The notes under the pieces: generated by a model | Seen by the model: the letters and a program-made list of their open reading frames with translations, nothing else | The model's database searches: none | What the model was told of the DNA's origin: nothing | Shown here: piece by piece, positions 25,741 to 39,321 of the stretch | Layout of the letters: each line of letters opens with the position of its first letter | Numbering within the stretch: the stretch's first letter is position 1 | NCBI GenBank assembly: GCA_951406725.2 | Contig: OX597816.1 | Location: 84,506,001 to 84,570,000, forward strand | Direction: 5' to 3' | Source of the DNA: Octopus vulgaris | Lineage: Eukaryota | Length of the DNA: 64,000 nucleotides | Made by a program: the position numbers and the translations under genes

Positions 25741-26419
25741 ATATAGTGGAATAATATAAAATGAGGTTACAAAAGAAAACAGATACGGAAGCTGTTATTA
25801 AGAATGCAAGAAGCAAATGGAAGGATAAGTGAAGAGAGAGAGACATGAGACGATGGATAAAGTGGCAAAAAATCAAAACTCATCGTGGGAATAAATGGGA
25901 AATTAACATTGTTATGTATTAGAAGTATTTTACGAAGCTCATAATTCAAGTGAAGTATTCTAGTTGGGTAGTTTTGTTTAAAAGTACAAAGTAGTGTACA
26001 TTTTAGCTTTAGAAATAATTTATTGTTAGGCAGAATAAGGCCAAGTACATGCGTATGAGATTATAAATTTTGTTTTTGCGTGTCCTTATACGCTTGCGTG
26101 AGTGTGCGTGTGTGTATGCATGTGTAAAGTTACGTATCTTAGTGGCCAAGGTGTCAAGCAATATATAACTAGTTATGGCATATAAGTGGAAGGAATGATA
26201 CCGTAGGTTTCGCAACGTCTACAGCACTTGGTCATAGACGAATCTTCAACTATACATACATAGACACATAGATACATACATACGTATATACATACATGCA
26301 TGCATATATACATGGGACATGATATTGTAGCTGGGACACTCTATAAGAAATTCCGTCGGAACGATAACCCTGAGGACAGAGAAATTTGAACTCACAGCAT
26401 GGTAGAAGCCATAGCCACT

Positions 26420-26812
26420 CATAATAAAAAGAGTACTGGTGGAATGTCCCAATGAAAACTTCAATGAAATGTAAACACAACAGTCCTGATATAATGATTT
26501 GGGATAGAGAAGAGAAACCACGTAAAGTTGTGGAAATCCGCTGCTCAGCGGATGTTAACATACAGCTGAAGATCAGTAAAAAAGAGAATACCTACGCCGA
26601 ATTATTGAGAAATCTGAAGTTATTCTATTCAGATTACAATTTCAGATTTATGACAGTAATTATTGGGGCACTGGAACAGATTGCCTAAACACCAGTCTTT
26701 CGAAATTAGTATTCTCAAAGCTAAAAAGAAGAAAGCTGATTCGAAGACAACAGATCCAAGCCATCACTGGAACTGTAAAAATCTGTAAAATTTTACAGAA
26801 GTTTATCATTTA
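26420..26812 (+). mobile_element. RLE-type (R2/R4 group) LINE 3' fragment of a different family
   Basis: KCKHNSPDIMIWDREEK..KVVEI.C..DVNI..K...KENTYAEL...VIIGAL (PD..E..K RLE pattern). Confidence 0.75.
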
Positions 26813-27198
26813 ATTACATATGAGCATGCCTAGATATGCAAATATAGACATGAAAAGACATACATAAAACATACAAATCTGCCCGTATACATACATGCAT
26901 ACACACCCTGCCGTTTGTTGAAATTCCAATGAAGGAGTCTTGGGTCTAGGTTAGAAACCATTCTTTCTCTATTGGTAAGGAATCTTGAAATAAGTCTGAA
27001 TAATGACGTACAATCATACATACATACGCACACACACATAAATATAGAATAGTGGTACAACAAAGCTCCAATATTTATTGGAAATAGCAGTCGATAATAT
27101 ACGTCGCTAGAGTAAAGCTTCACTGTATAAATATACTGGTAAAAATGTTTGCAGGCGGCGAACATAAAAAAAAATCATCTTACCATCAAAAACAATCA

Positions 27199-27369
27199 GG
27201 CGCAGGAGTGGCTGTGTGGTAAATAGCTTGCTAACCAACCACATGGTTCCGGGTTCAGTCCCACTGCGTGGCATCTTGGGCAAGTGTCTTCTGCTATAGC
27301 CCCGGGCTGACCAATGCCTTGTGAGTGGATTCGGTTGACGGAAACTGAAAGAAGCCTGTCGTATATATG

Positions 27370-27402
<33 letters not shown>

Positions 27403-27627
27403 GTGTGTGTTTGTGTGTCTGTGTTTGTCCCCCTAGCATTGCTTGACAACCGATGCTGTGTGTGTGTGTTTACGTCCCCGTCACTTAGCGGTTCGGCAAA
27501 AGAGACCGATAGAATAAGTACTAGGCTTACAAAGAATAAGTCCTGGGGTCGATTTGCTCGACTAAAGGCGGTGCTCCAGCATGGCCCCAGTCAAATGACT
27601 GAAACAAGTAAAAGAGTAAAAAGAGAG
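27199..27627 (+). mobile_element. Full-length tRNA-derived SINE family B with an internal (TA)n(TG)n microsatellite
   Basis: A-box-like tggctgtgtgg, B-box-like ggttcagtcc, then cttgggcaagtgtc, internal microsatellite and tail ending aaacaagtaaaagagtaaaa; many dispersed copies in the window. Confidence 0.9.
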
Positions 27628-28638
27628 TTACCTGTAAGAAGAACATTAAATAAATATACAACCCAGATGTGGATAATCAAGAATCTAGGTTTCGATCTTT
27701 CCAAATTTTATTAGTTCTCATCGGCTAGATTCACCTAGTAAAAAATTCAAATATTTCTACATATATGCCAGTATTTACTCGTGTGAACGCCTAGCCGTTA
27801 ACAGACTGAGAACAGTGAAAATATTTTCAAAGAAAAAATTATTAAATTCTGCAATACATCATAACAATAACAATATATACTCCGATTTAAATCGACATAT
27901 AAAGAATTGACTAGAAATTATGAACTAACCCAAGATGGAACCCACAAATCAACGCTTACACGGCTCTTTGGGCATCCAGTTGAGCCAAACGGTCACCTGT
28001 CAAATTCAGCCAAATTTTATGAATAGAAACTTTAAGTGTCCAATATGATATTTGTAAACAATCCAGATGGCTATGTGCGTTACAGAGAGCGAATATGGAA
28101 GCCTATTGGTACAATAATAGCTATTAATAATATATCATAATAATAATATGTATACTCTGATTTAAAGCGGCATTTATATATAAACAATTGACTGAAAAAT
28201 GGTGAGCTAACCCAGGCCAGAATCGAACCCACAAGTCAACGTTTACATGGCTCCTTTAAGTCGGTGTATATATTATTATTACTATTTTGAGATATTATTA
28301 TATAGTTATTATTGTACTAATTGACTTCCATAGTCGCTCTATCTCCGTAACTTACAAAGTCTCTGATTTGTTTACAAATATTTTGTGTGTGTGTGCGTGC
28401 GTGCGCGTGTGTGTGTGTGTGCGTGCGAGTGTGTGTGTATTCATATATGGTCTACGCCCAGCTTCCCAGATTCTCTAGCGTCTAGACGTAGATATTAGCC
28501 CGCTGAACGCATCGCAGGTTCGTTGCAAGATTGTTCATTTTCGCCAGGCTAGTAGACTGGAGCAATACAACACATCGCATCACCCGTGGGAATCGAATCG
28601 CACACGTACATATCTATGTATATAACCATATGCATTTG

Positions 28639-28670
<32 letters not shown>

Positions 28671-28799
28671 ACTTAGATAACAGATAACTGAGATTGGTTT
28701 CGGCCATTATCGGCTCAGGCCATGACTTACTCAATAGCACAACCTAGAAAAGTCTTTTAGTTAATTATTTTGGGACACCATGGACCACTCAAGCAGAGA

Positions 28800-29133
28800 G
28801 TTGTTAGTTGAAACGTATCCAGGTGTAGGTGGTTTATCCGGTATTTCTTATAGGAATTTGTCCAGGTACCGTTTGAAAGTTGGGGTGGGGGTGGGGGTAT
28901 TTTTCTACCTTAATTTCTTTCGGGATAACATTGAAAAGAGCAGGACCATTTATAGTGAAGACAGTGTATCGCAATGTTCTTATGTGATGTAATCTCGACC
29001 GTTGTAGGGGACGCATTGCACGGGGATCTAGTCTTGGGTGAATTGTAAACATAATAATGACATCATTTGGATAATATTGCTGGAATATTTTCCACAAGGT
29101 GCAAATAATGTATCGCTCACGGCAGCGTTGCAT
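28800..29133 (-). mobile_element. CR1/L2-group LINE 3' fragment
   Basis: MQRCRERYIICTLWKIFQ...HPRL...GPALFNVIPKEIK resembles the LQRRRERY..WKI / GP.LFN.LP C-terminus. Confidence 0.75.
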
Positions 29134-29138
29134 GTATA

Positions 29139-29185
<47 letters not shown>

Positions 29186-31740
29186 TTGTGTGTGTATCAA
29201 GAGAAAGACAGACAGACAACAGAGAAACGCAATCATTTCATAGCATCGTTCGTGAACATGCAATCATAAAAAATTATCCAATACAGAAAGAATTAAATTT
29301 TATTAGTCGCCGATGGTTTCTAAATCTTTATTCTGAGATTTCTCTTTAAAATGCTTTGACGATAGTTAAGAATGAATCATAAGACTGATCCTTGAAGGAG
29401 ATTTCATTTAAAATTTGATGTGGTACATTTATTGCCGCAAAAGATCGTATAGTTAACCATATAGCCGTTACACTCAAAGAAAAGGAATAAATATAGATGT
29501 AATTGAAATGAATAGTGGGGACGATTAATGATAGAATTGGTTATAAAAGCAAAAAAAAAAAAAGAAAAAGAAAGAAAACGAAAACAAAGGATAGAAGAAC
29601 CGAAGGGAATATGTGTGTTGAAAGAATATAGATGAAAAACATGAATAAGTATGAATGAAGTATGAATAAGTATGAATGAAAGAATGCTCACATCTACGAA
29701 TGTGACGATAAAATTGTATGAAGCAAAACAGAGAGAAAAGTGATTTATATAATGAGGGTCTAATGAAAGCTGGCAAGACCAGACAGAAAGGGAATTATTA
29801 TTTAAAGCACATATTCTCTAAAAATTAACTGAAAATATTTTACTCATCTTCCTATTAATTTTGGGAGTAAAAATAATTCTAGAAATTGTTATAATGAAAC
29901 ATTTATTTTAGACTTTTTGATACTTAATGCTCTGAGACTGCCTCTATGTTTTAAAGGGATTTTATATAAAAAAAATTTACGTCAATTTTTATCCCAAACA
30001 CCAGCCTAATCATGACAAAGTTACTTTACTGAATTCTGAATTATTTTAAAAATTAATTACAACGAAATTAAAAATGCAGTGTATTTCAAGATAAATAAAG
30101 TTATAAAAACTTTGACCAAAGAATTTCTAAATATAATAATTCACTTTCAGTTCCCACCAATCCGTATGTGTAACAAGTTCTTTATCCGAAGAAAAGTTGA
30201 AATACCTACTCTTACTGTAAAATTTTTGTTTTTTGAGTTATTTAATGCAAGAAAAAAAAAAGATTTAAAAGACATGATGAAGTATGCCCAATAGGTCCTA
30301 CACGTCCTCTTATTCGTAATTCCATTCCACAGCACAAATTACTTTTTGAATGCATTTGTTCCTCGTACATTTAGACGTCAGCATTGTATCTAAATAGTAC
30401 AGTAAATTCACTTAAAACAAATCCAAGTTATGCTTTTACTAGCATACGCATTCATTCAAGCATCGAACGAAACGGTATTTGAGAAGTTTCACAAACAACG
30501 TCTGGCTTTTCTAAGAATCTAAGCCGACTGCATTTGTAATAAAAGGAAGCATGTTACAGCGCACGGGGTCATACAACCATGATAGTTATCGTTAAAATTT
30601 GTGTTCAGCGCTGATTTTAAGCAAAATCCTATTCATTTTATTATAAAATGAAATCCCCAAATTATTAAACTCCTATAGGTACTGTTTTAAAATTTTATTT
30701 TCTAATTGCCCTCCCTCCAACATTTATTTTCTCTTCTATTATGAATTCCTTGCATTTTTGTCCGGCAACAGGATTTTCTGTAGATACCTCGAAACCAATC
30801 TCTTCAGTATCATTTCGTAAGCCGAAGCTTTTGGATAGTTTATTGTTTTTTCATTTTTAAAAATCTTATTTATTTATTTATTTATTTGAGGACATCTTTT
30901 GAGTTCATATCCTTCTACGACTTCGGTAATTCTAAATTCTACCGATGCTTTTCAAATATACATAATTTTCTAAGAAACCATTTATTTTTCCAACATGCTT
31001 GCAACTTGAATTTTATTTGTATTCACTTTGTATTTCCTCTTGCTTTGTGTATTTTGCATTCATATATTTAACCATTGTCTTTTATTCACGCTTATTTAGA
31101 CATGGTTTTGAATTTCATTTTCAGTATATACATGTCCCCATTCGCATTCCATCACTCTTTCCTTCCTCTACTGCCTTTTTCTTTACTCTCCAACTGAAAG
31201 ATCCCATCCTTCCTTTCGCTTCCAATCATGAGTTATTAATTTCTAGTTCTATATTTTATATCAAATATAACTATTATAATACTTTTGCTTTCATTGTATG
31301 CTGTCAAACCCTTGTCTAGATATTTTTAAAATCTGTCTTGTTTCATTTTTTTAATATAGGTCAAATGTCAGAATTGAGAAACTCGGAGCAACAATTTGTA
31401 AAGACTGGCTCTCCAGTAAAATGAAATAAATACATATATTAGTGTATGTGCATACTTGTGCAAGCTTGTACATGTGTCTGGATGATAGTATACGTGTTTA
31501 GGCTCATATATAATTAACTATAATTAATTCTATCGCCATAAGCAATAGAAAAATAACACCGATACAACAATATAATTTACATGTACAAGACAACATAGGT
31601 TAGTTGATCAACTAATCATAACATAATGCATTGGCAGTATATGAGAAAATATAATTAATCTATCCGTTTGCTTATGTACTAGTTATAAATCTTGTCAGGG
31701 CGGCATTAAAGTGTATATGCGTGCTTATTTGTTTATGTGT

Positions 31741-31794
<54 letters not shown>

Positions 31795-31979
31795 CTGTGT
31801 GTGTGTGTGTGCGTGTGTGCGTGCGCATCTGTAAGTGTGTGAATGTGTTTTGAAATATGCGTAACAATATATGCTTAGACGTATGCAATATATATGGATA
31901 AACATGAGTACATATATACATACATATATATGTGTGTGTCTGTATTTATATGTGCATATATATATATACACATATAAAT

Positions 31980-32024
<45 letters not shown>

Positions 32025-32361
32025 CATACACACATTTACACGCTCGCGCATGCACGCACATACACACACACACACACACACACTACTTGGTACTTACATA
32101 TTGCTGTATGAGAAACACACGAGTATCAGGCAGCCTCGTGTAAGATACTCCTAATTTGATGTCTGGAATGTAAAGTCTACTGCGATTATCTTATGTTTCA
32201 TTTAAGAATATTTACACAGAACAAAAGAATTTCCAACAAAAGCTACCTAAGATTTGCTCCGCTGCAACATTTCGCTTCTGTGAACTATATCTCGTTAATT
32301 TCAACACATTACACTGTACACACGTGCACATTTAAATGTATGAGTGTATGTAATATATATG

Positions 32362-32446
<85 letters not shown>

Positions 32447-32909
32447 ATATATACACACACATGTGTATATATACGCACGTGAACGCATGTGGTATATACT
32501 CACATACATGTATGTTTCTGTTTCTATATAATCTTTATATACATTTCATTCTCATTCACCTACTCCCTCTGAATCGCTCTCTCTCACTCTCTCTCGCTCT
32601 CTTTCTTGCAAATCACAGTACAATCCTTTTTCCTTTCCTGCTTCTCTCTTTCTCTTTCTTTGTATATGTGTGTACACACACACACATATGTATATATACC
32701 TATTATATATATATACATATATATTTATATATATGTATGTGTGTGAGTGCGTGCGAATATATATATGCGTGTGTGCGTGTGTGTGTGTGTGTATTCATAC
32801 ATATTCACCCTCCTCTCTCATACACAAAGCTCTAGCACGCTATCTTAAAGATAACGTCAGTGTTGCATGCGTTTACTTATACATAAGATATAAATATATA
32901 TATGCATGC

Positions 32910-32963
<54 letters not shown>

Positions 32964-33310
32964 GCATACATATATATGTGTGTATACATGTATATATATA
33001 TATATGAATATATATATACGTGTATGTATGTATTATGTATGTATATATACATATATAAAATAAATATGAATGGCATTTAAAACAGCAGTTACGCTTTTCT
33101 TTTTCTGAATGGAATCATGAGAAATTACATCTTAATATAAAATTCATCATCATTATGTAAAATTTCTATCACGTGAGATTTTAAACCTCAACCTAGACAT
33201 AACATTAGCTGGCTACATTCGACTTTATTGTAGAATTGGAAGGTATGGTTTCAATCGAGCAAATATTAGCCATAAATATATGGAATGGGAAGTCGTGTTC
33301 TGAAACAGAT

Positions 33311-33645
33311 GTTATCGTATTTCGGGATGGTCATTTTTTAATTTGACCAAGTAAACACACGTACTATATATTCGTTCTTCACTCGTGTATTTCTGTTCTT
33401 ATTCAAACTCATGTCCACTGTCCGGAAATCTTTCGTCACACATCTGTGTGAAAATGGAATAAGCAGAACACAGGCAAAGACGGAAAATGTTGCTGAGGAG
33501 GTCACAGATGTGTGGCAAAAGATTTCCGGACAATGGACATGAGCTAGAATAAGTACAGTAAAAACGAATGAAGACCAAATATATAGTGCGTTTGTTTATT
33601 TGTCAACAAAAATAAAATAACTTGACCATCCCGAAATACAACAAT
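33311..33645. mobile_element. Fold-back cassette with ~140-bp imperfect arms (GTCACA-hairpin family) and hammerhead relics
   Basis: gtatttcgggatggtca...gaaatctttcgtcacacatctgtg versus cacagatgtgtggcaaaagatttc...tgaccatcccgaaatac; CTGAGGA at 33493; ends at a TA-rich tract. Confidence 0.8.
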
Positions 33646-33773
33646 ATATATACATACATATATATATATATATATATAATCAAAATAAGCAACAAGGATA
33701 TCCTTGCTGCTTATTTTGATTTTAATCACCTTACTTATTCTGGTGCTTCATCTGAATCTAAATCTACCCAAAG

Positions 33774-33804
<31 letters not shown>

Positions 33805-33805
33805 C

Positions 33806-33891
<86 letters not shown>

Positions 33892-34616
33892 CATATATTT
33901 AATTATATGTAATATATGTATGTTTAGTGACGATTAAGTTTGTCCTCTTTGGTTTCATTTTGCGAATAGCTGCCCATGTTATTTTGTAATTTTTACATTA
34001 CCATTTCGCTAACTCAGTAATAAATTTATATTGTAAATATATATACTGACAGTCTGGATTTAGCTACGCCATTCAGCGATGGGTTAGACACTGCTGACAA
34101 ATCTCAAATTGCAAAATTACAGACGGAGCTAGTCTGTAATTTTGCTTCGCGTATGGTGCGGTTATCTCCCCCGTCAGTATATGAAAATGTGCTTCATTGC
34201 AATTCTTCCGGCTTTAACTCTTATTTTTAGCCATATTGATGCAACACAGCAGACTCAGCCGCAACTAGTGACGACTGAAATTCTCCATTTTGACTTTGTA
34301 TTCCAAATAGCTGCCTACGTTATTTTATATCTATTTGTGTGTGTATGCATGTATGTCCTTTCTATGTTTTAATTATTGTAAATCTTCCAGTGAGGAAGGG
34401 GCCGGTTTCCAACAAAGATAAAATGGTCCATCTTTAGAATGTAATTAACGCAGATAAATTCACACTTGGAACTTGAGAAAAGTCTCGCATATTTTGACTG
34501 TTCCACTCACAGATTGCATTTGTAATGTACGAATTAAACGGTCGATTTCTCTTTCTGAAAATCTCAGTTCATCCAGATTCTTCTTTAAGCATTTATAAAA
34601 AAAACTTATGTACGTA

Positions 34617-34700
<84 letters not shown>

Positions 34701-34734
34701 GTATGTATGAGCTTATGAGAATATGAGTACATGG

Positions 34735-34765
<31 letters not shown>

Positions 34766-34896
34766 GTAGAAATATGTTACGAAAAGAAAATATAAAATAC
34801 ACGTGGAAATGTAAGGGTAAAATATGAAAAATCAACGAAAATGCATGTTGCAAATAGAAAAAGGCTATTTATGACAGGTAACGACAAATATATACA

Positions 34897-35210
34897 TTTA
34901 GATTGACTGAGGTAGTAATACGAGTCATAAAAGTCATTATTATGAGATGATTATAAGATGATAATAAAGTAAGAGGACAAAATGAACCAATGTTTTACGC
35001 AAAGCTATTCATCGTTTATTTGCGTAAACAATTGGTTCGTTTTGTTCTCTTTATTATCATCTTATAATCATCTCATAATAATGACTTTTATGACTCGTAT
35101 TACTACCTCAGTCAATCTAAAACCAAGACTGTATAGATATTAGAGCATTTATAGATAGGTCTTACAGCTGTTCCTATGATATTAATTAATAATATCCCTT
35201 CATCGGGGAC
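34897..35210. repeat. ~105-bp-arm palindrome (34897-35121) followed by a minus-strand hammerhead relic (35158-35210)
   Basis: tttagattgactgaggtagtaatacgagtcataaaagtcattattatgagatgattataagatgataataaag mirrored at ~35049-35121; minus strand gtcc-CCGATGA-agg-GATATTA..TAATATC-ata-GGAA-CAGCTG-TA-agac. Confidence 0.75.
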
Positions 35211-35679
35211 GGTGTAGGAGGAAAATTAAGTCATTGTTCGTTTAGATGTGGTACAAAATAGAGAGTGAGGTGGAGGAAAGAAAATAGATGTAAGATATGT
35301 ATGGGGATTTATATATATACATATAGCTGCATATGTTTATACGCATATTTATGTGTGTGTATCTATGTATGAATGTATGTATGTATAAGTGTATGTACAG
35401 ATATCCATATATACATCTGTATGTATGTATTTATGTACATAAGTACAATGGGGCAGGGAGATTACTTGTAGAATTCTTAATGACATTTTAACAACCAATT
35501 GTTATCAGGGAGTAATCTCTAATTCGTTTGCTTCATATATTTATTATCATCTTTTCATCGCGCAATTCTATATAATAACCGAAAATATTATTAAGCCACA
35601 CATGCCGCCACTCAAAAACGGTACTTACCCATACAGACGTCTGCGTGTAGATATAAGTATATACACATATGAATATATA

Positions 35680-35762
<83 letters not shown>

Positions 35763-35946
35763 GTATATATATATATTTATACACAAAGTTATATCATGTT
35801 GTTGCTATTTTATCAGAATTAGTGTTATGTTAGTTGTTTACAAAATTAATGATAAAATTTCTTTCTTTCCGTCTCTTAACTATCGCTTTTATGAGATATT
35901 ACGCTAAGTAGTGCATTACATAACGCTTCTTCATATAAATAAATAA

Positions 35947-35991
<45 letters not shown>

Positions 35992-36032
35992 CCTACACCT
36001 GTGTGTGTGTATAAATATATATGTATATATGC

Positions 36033-36097
<65 letters not shown>

Positions 36098-36191
36098 CAC
36101 ACATACTTATATTTTATTTCTCTCACATGCGTATATTTATGAAATAGATATCGGTGTGTGAATGTGCATTTGTGTGTATATATTATATATA

Positions 36192-36273
<82 letters not shown>

Positions 36274-36313
36274 TATATATACGCTTCTTTCTTACCACAC
36301 AGCCACACCCGTG

Positions 36314-36349
<36 letters not shown>

Positions 36350-36353
<4 letters not shown>

Positions 36354-36695
36354 CACATGTATGGCTGTGTGGTAAGAAAGAAGCTTGCTTCCCAACCATA
36401 TGGGTCCGGGTTCAGTCCTACTGCGTGGAACCTTCGGCAAGTGTTGTTTACTATTGCCTCTGCCCGCCAAGTCCTTGTGAGTGGATTTGTTAGACGGAAA
36501 CTGAAAGAAGCCTATCGTATATATGTATATGTCTATGTGTGTGTGTCATTGTCTCTGCGTTTGTCCCTCATCACCGCTTGACAACCGGTGTTTGTGTTTA
36601 CGTACACGTAAACTAGCAGTTTGGCCAAAGAGACCGATAGAATAAGTACTAAGCTTAAAAGATAAGTCCTGGCGTCGGTTCGTTCGACTAAAACC
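36350..36695 (+). mobile_element. SINE family B copy, diverged
   Basis: tggctgtgtggtaag...gggttcagtcc...gtgagtggatttgttagacggaaactgaaagaagcc...agagaccgatagaataagtact. Confidence 0.85.
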
Positions 36696-37376
36696 CTTGC
36701 CTCCCTTCCTCACTTATCTTCCTTGTACCTTTTTGCTCTCTCTCTCTCCCTCTCATTCTGTGGTACTTCTGATTTCTGTCCCTCTCTCTCCTACTCCTTA
36801 GTTCCTCTGCCCTCTTTAACCACTCCCCTCCCCTATCATGTGATTGCGGTCCGGTTCAGGCATTGTCGTCCTTTGAGGCTGGTCGCGTCTGTTCTGTTCC
36901 GTTCTGTCTGTCCGTTAATATTTTTCCATTTCCATTTTCCTTGCGCTTGCATACTGCACTCGTCAGATAGTCAAAAGACCTTGTTTGTTTTGTACTATTT
37001 TTGTTGTAACTGTATAATTATTTTCCTCTTTTTGTATAGCGGAAAGGCGTTTGTCTATTGTATATGCATATTTCTATTTCGTATGTTACGTTCGTCCGAT
37101 AGTCGAAAGTCCCTTTCTGTTGTTTACTTATTTGTTTTCGTATATGTACATTCGTTTGCCTCGCAGAAAGGGTTGATGCTTTTAGCTTAAGTCCTGCCGT
37201 GTTCGAGTACTATATGAAATATATAAGTGGGCGAAACCACGTGGGTATTCCGGACATTGCCTGGAAATTGGCTGCGAATGATCCGTATATCTTGTTTTGT
37301 TCTGTTTGTTGTTGTGCTATCCGCATGTTGTAGTTTGACGATTTCCGTTTGTTGAGTTTTTTCTGTTCTATCATTG

Positions 37377-37448
<72 letters not shown>

Positions 37449-37517
37449 ATGTATGTGTGTGTGAGTGTATGTATGTATATATATATACATATATATATGT
37501 GTATATATGCATGTATG

Positions 37518-37550
<33 letters not shown>

Positions 37551-37617
37551 AAATACATATATGTTTGTAAATATATATGTGTATGTACGTTCATGTATAT
37601 ATATATATATATGTGCG

Positions 37618-37650
<33 letters not shown>

Positions 37651-37808
37651 ATATATATCAATAATAATATTTCAATAATGAATACGTGTTCATATTAGGC
37701 TGCATCTTTTTGAAAGTGTTAGTTGAATGTCAGTTATGTGATGACGCTTGATCGCGTACATATTTAATTCTAACTCTCTTAAATTTATATAATTTATATT
37801 TTGAAATT

Positions 37809-37870
37809 CTGCACTGATGAAGTAAAATAGGTAAATATTACTTTATTTTAATCCCGAAACGCGTATATAG
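37809..37870 (+). ncRNA. Type-I hammerhead motif with partly decayed stems
   Basis: CTGCA-CTGATGA-ag-TAAAATA..GTAA-ata-TTAC..TATTTTA-atccc-GAAA-CGCG-TA-TATAG; palindromic ACGCGT helix III, stem I 4/5 paired. Confidence 0.6.
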
Positions 37871-38033
37871 CGAATCTAAGTCGTGCGGATTCGTTATTTT
37901 TCTTTTTGCCTACGTAAAAATGTGTATTATTGTCTGGGAGACCTTTATTGTAGTAGAAAAAGCATTTGACTCCTATTTCTAAATTCGGTGCGTGGTGAAG
38001 CAATTAGCTGACCCCTGATTATAATCATGTCTA

Positions 38034-38077
<44 letters not shown>

Positions 38078-38080
<3 letters not shown>

Positions 38081-38230
38081 GTGGTCTGATCAATAAGTAT
38101 CTAGACTGTTGCCATAGTAACAAGTCTAAAGCACTTAGAATATATCTGCTTGGCTCAGATTGACCTTGAACTCTGCTGTGTATGCGCACTAAGTTTTAAC
38201 ATTCTGGCTCACTTCCGCTGCTTACGGCAG
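38078..38230 (+). mobile_element. Probable mariner-type terminal fragment
   Basis: Starts TA-cgtggtctgatcaataagtatc directly after (TA)n, resembling mariner TIR starts; no partner TIR seen. Confidence 0.4.
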
Positions 38231-39205
38231 ACTTTATGTTTGTATTTTCTCTGAAGAATTCCTTCACAATCGGTGTTGGCTTGTTTGTGTCCACATTTTC
38301 ACTGGTTCGGCAAAATAGACTGGGAAAATATGTGTCAGACTGAAGTCGATTAGATTGACTAAACCCTTTAAGGTAGTGCCTTACCGTAGCCGCAGTTCAA
38401 TGAATGAAGCATGTAAGAAATATAAAAAGAAAAAAATGCACTTTTTCTTACTAGAAAACGGAATAAGTACAGCTGCAATTTTTGCGATAAGGGGTCTATG
38501 TACCTGTTTTAGGCTAAACAATTTAGGAAAATATAAAATTTCGAAAGAAAGTACTTTGCTCAAATCTAACTTATATTAAACCCAAATTCTTGTACAGTAT
38601 AAAATAAATAATTTCAAATTACTGACACGTAACTTTAGATTGTCCTTGTCGCATTCATAGCTGATACCGCAATCTGATTCCTTTGACAAATATTTTAGTT
38701 GTATTTTTAAACATTTGGGAACTCAAATAAGACAATCAAGTTTTTCTCAAAGAAAGGGAATGAAGATATGCTAAGATCTTTATAAGTTTACGCATCTGGC
38801 TGCGTCACATTGTTGCTATTCAAATTTCAAAGCAAAAAAATATATGATTGGCTAAGATGTCGTCTCGTATTTTTTTTGTGTGTGTTGACGACATGTAGAT
38901 AGTAAGAAAACACACAGTAGCATATATATATATATACATACATGTATAGTTCGTGTATGTACGTATGTGTGTGCATGTATCTATGTGTGCGTGTCTGACA
39001 TACGTATCATGTGTGTGTGTATATATATATTTATATATGTATATATAAATCTATCTATATCTGTCTATATATATATATAAATATATATATATATAGATAG
39101 ATATATATGTATGTATATATATATATATATATTCATATATATATATATATGCACATATATATACATACATATATATCTATATATATACATAATATATATA
39201 TGTAC

Positions 39206-39237
<32 letters not shown>

Positions 39238-39284
39238 GCAAAATATACAATATGTATGTATATATGCATATATATGCATATATA

Positions 39285-39321
<37 letters not shown>

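Noticed and set aside
36720-37370. Possible element or gene in ORF 36723-37190
   Set aside because: Pyrimidine-rich low-complexity frame with small internal repeats and no motif that I can assign
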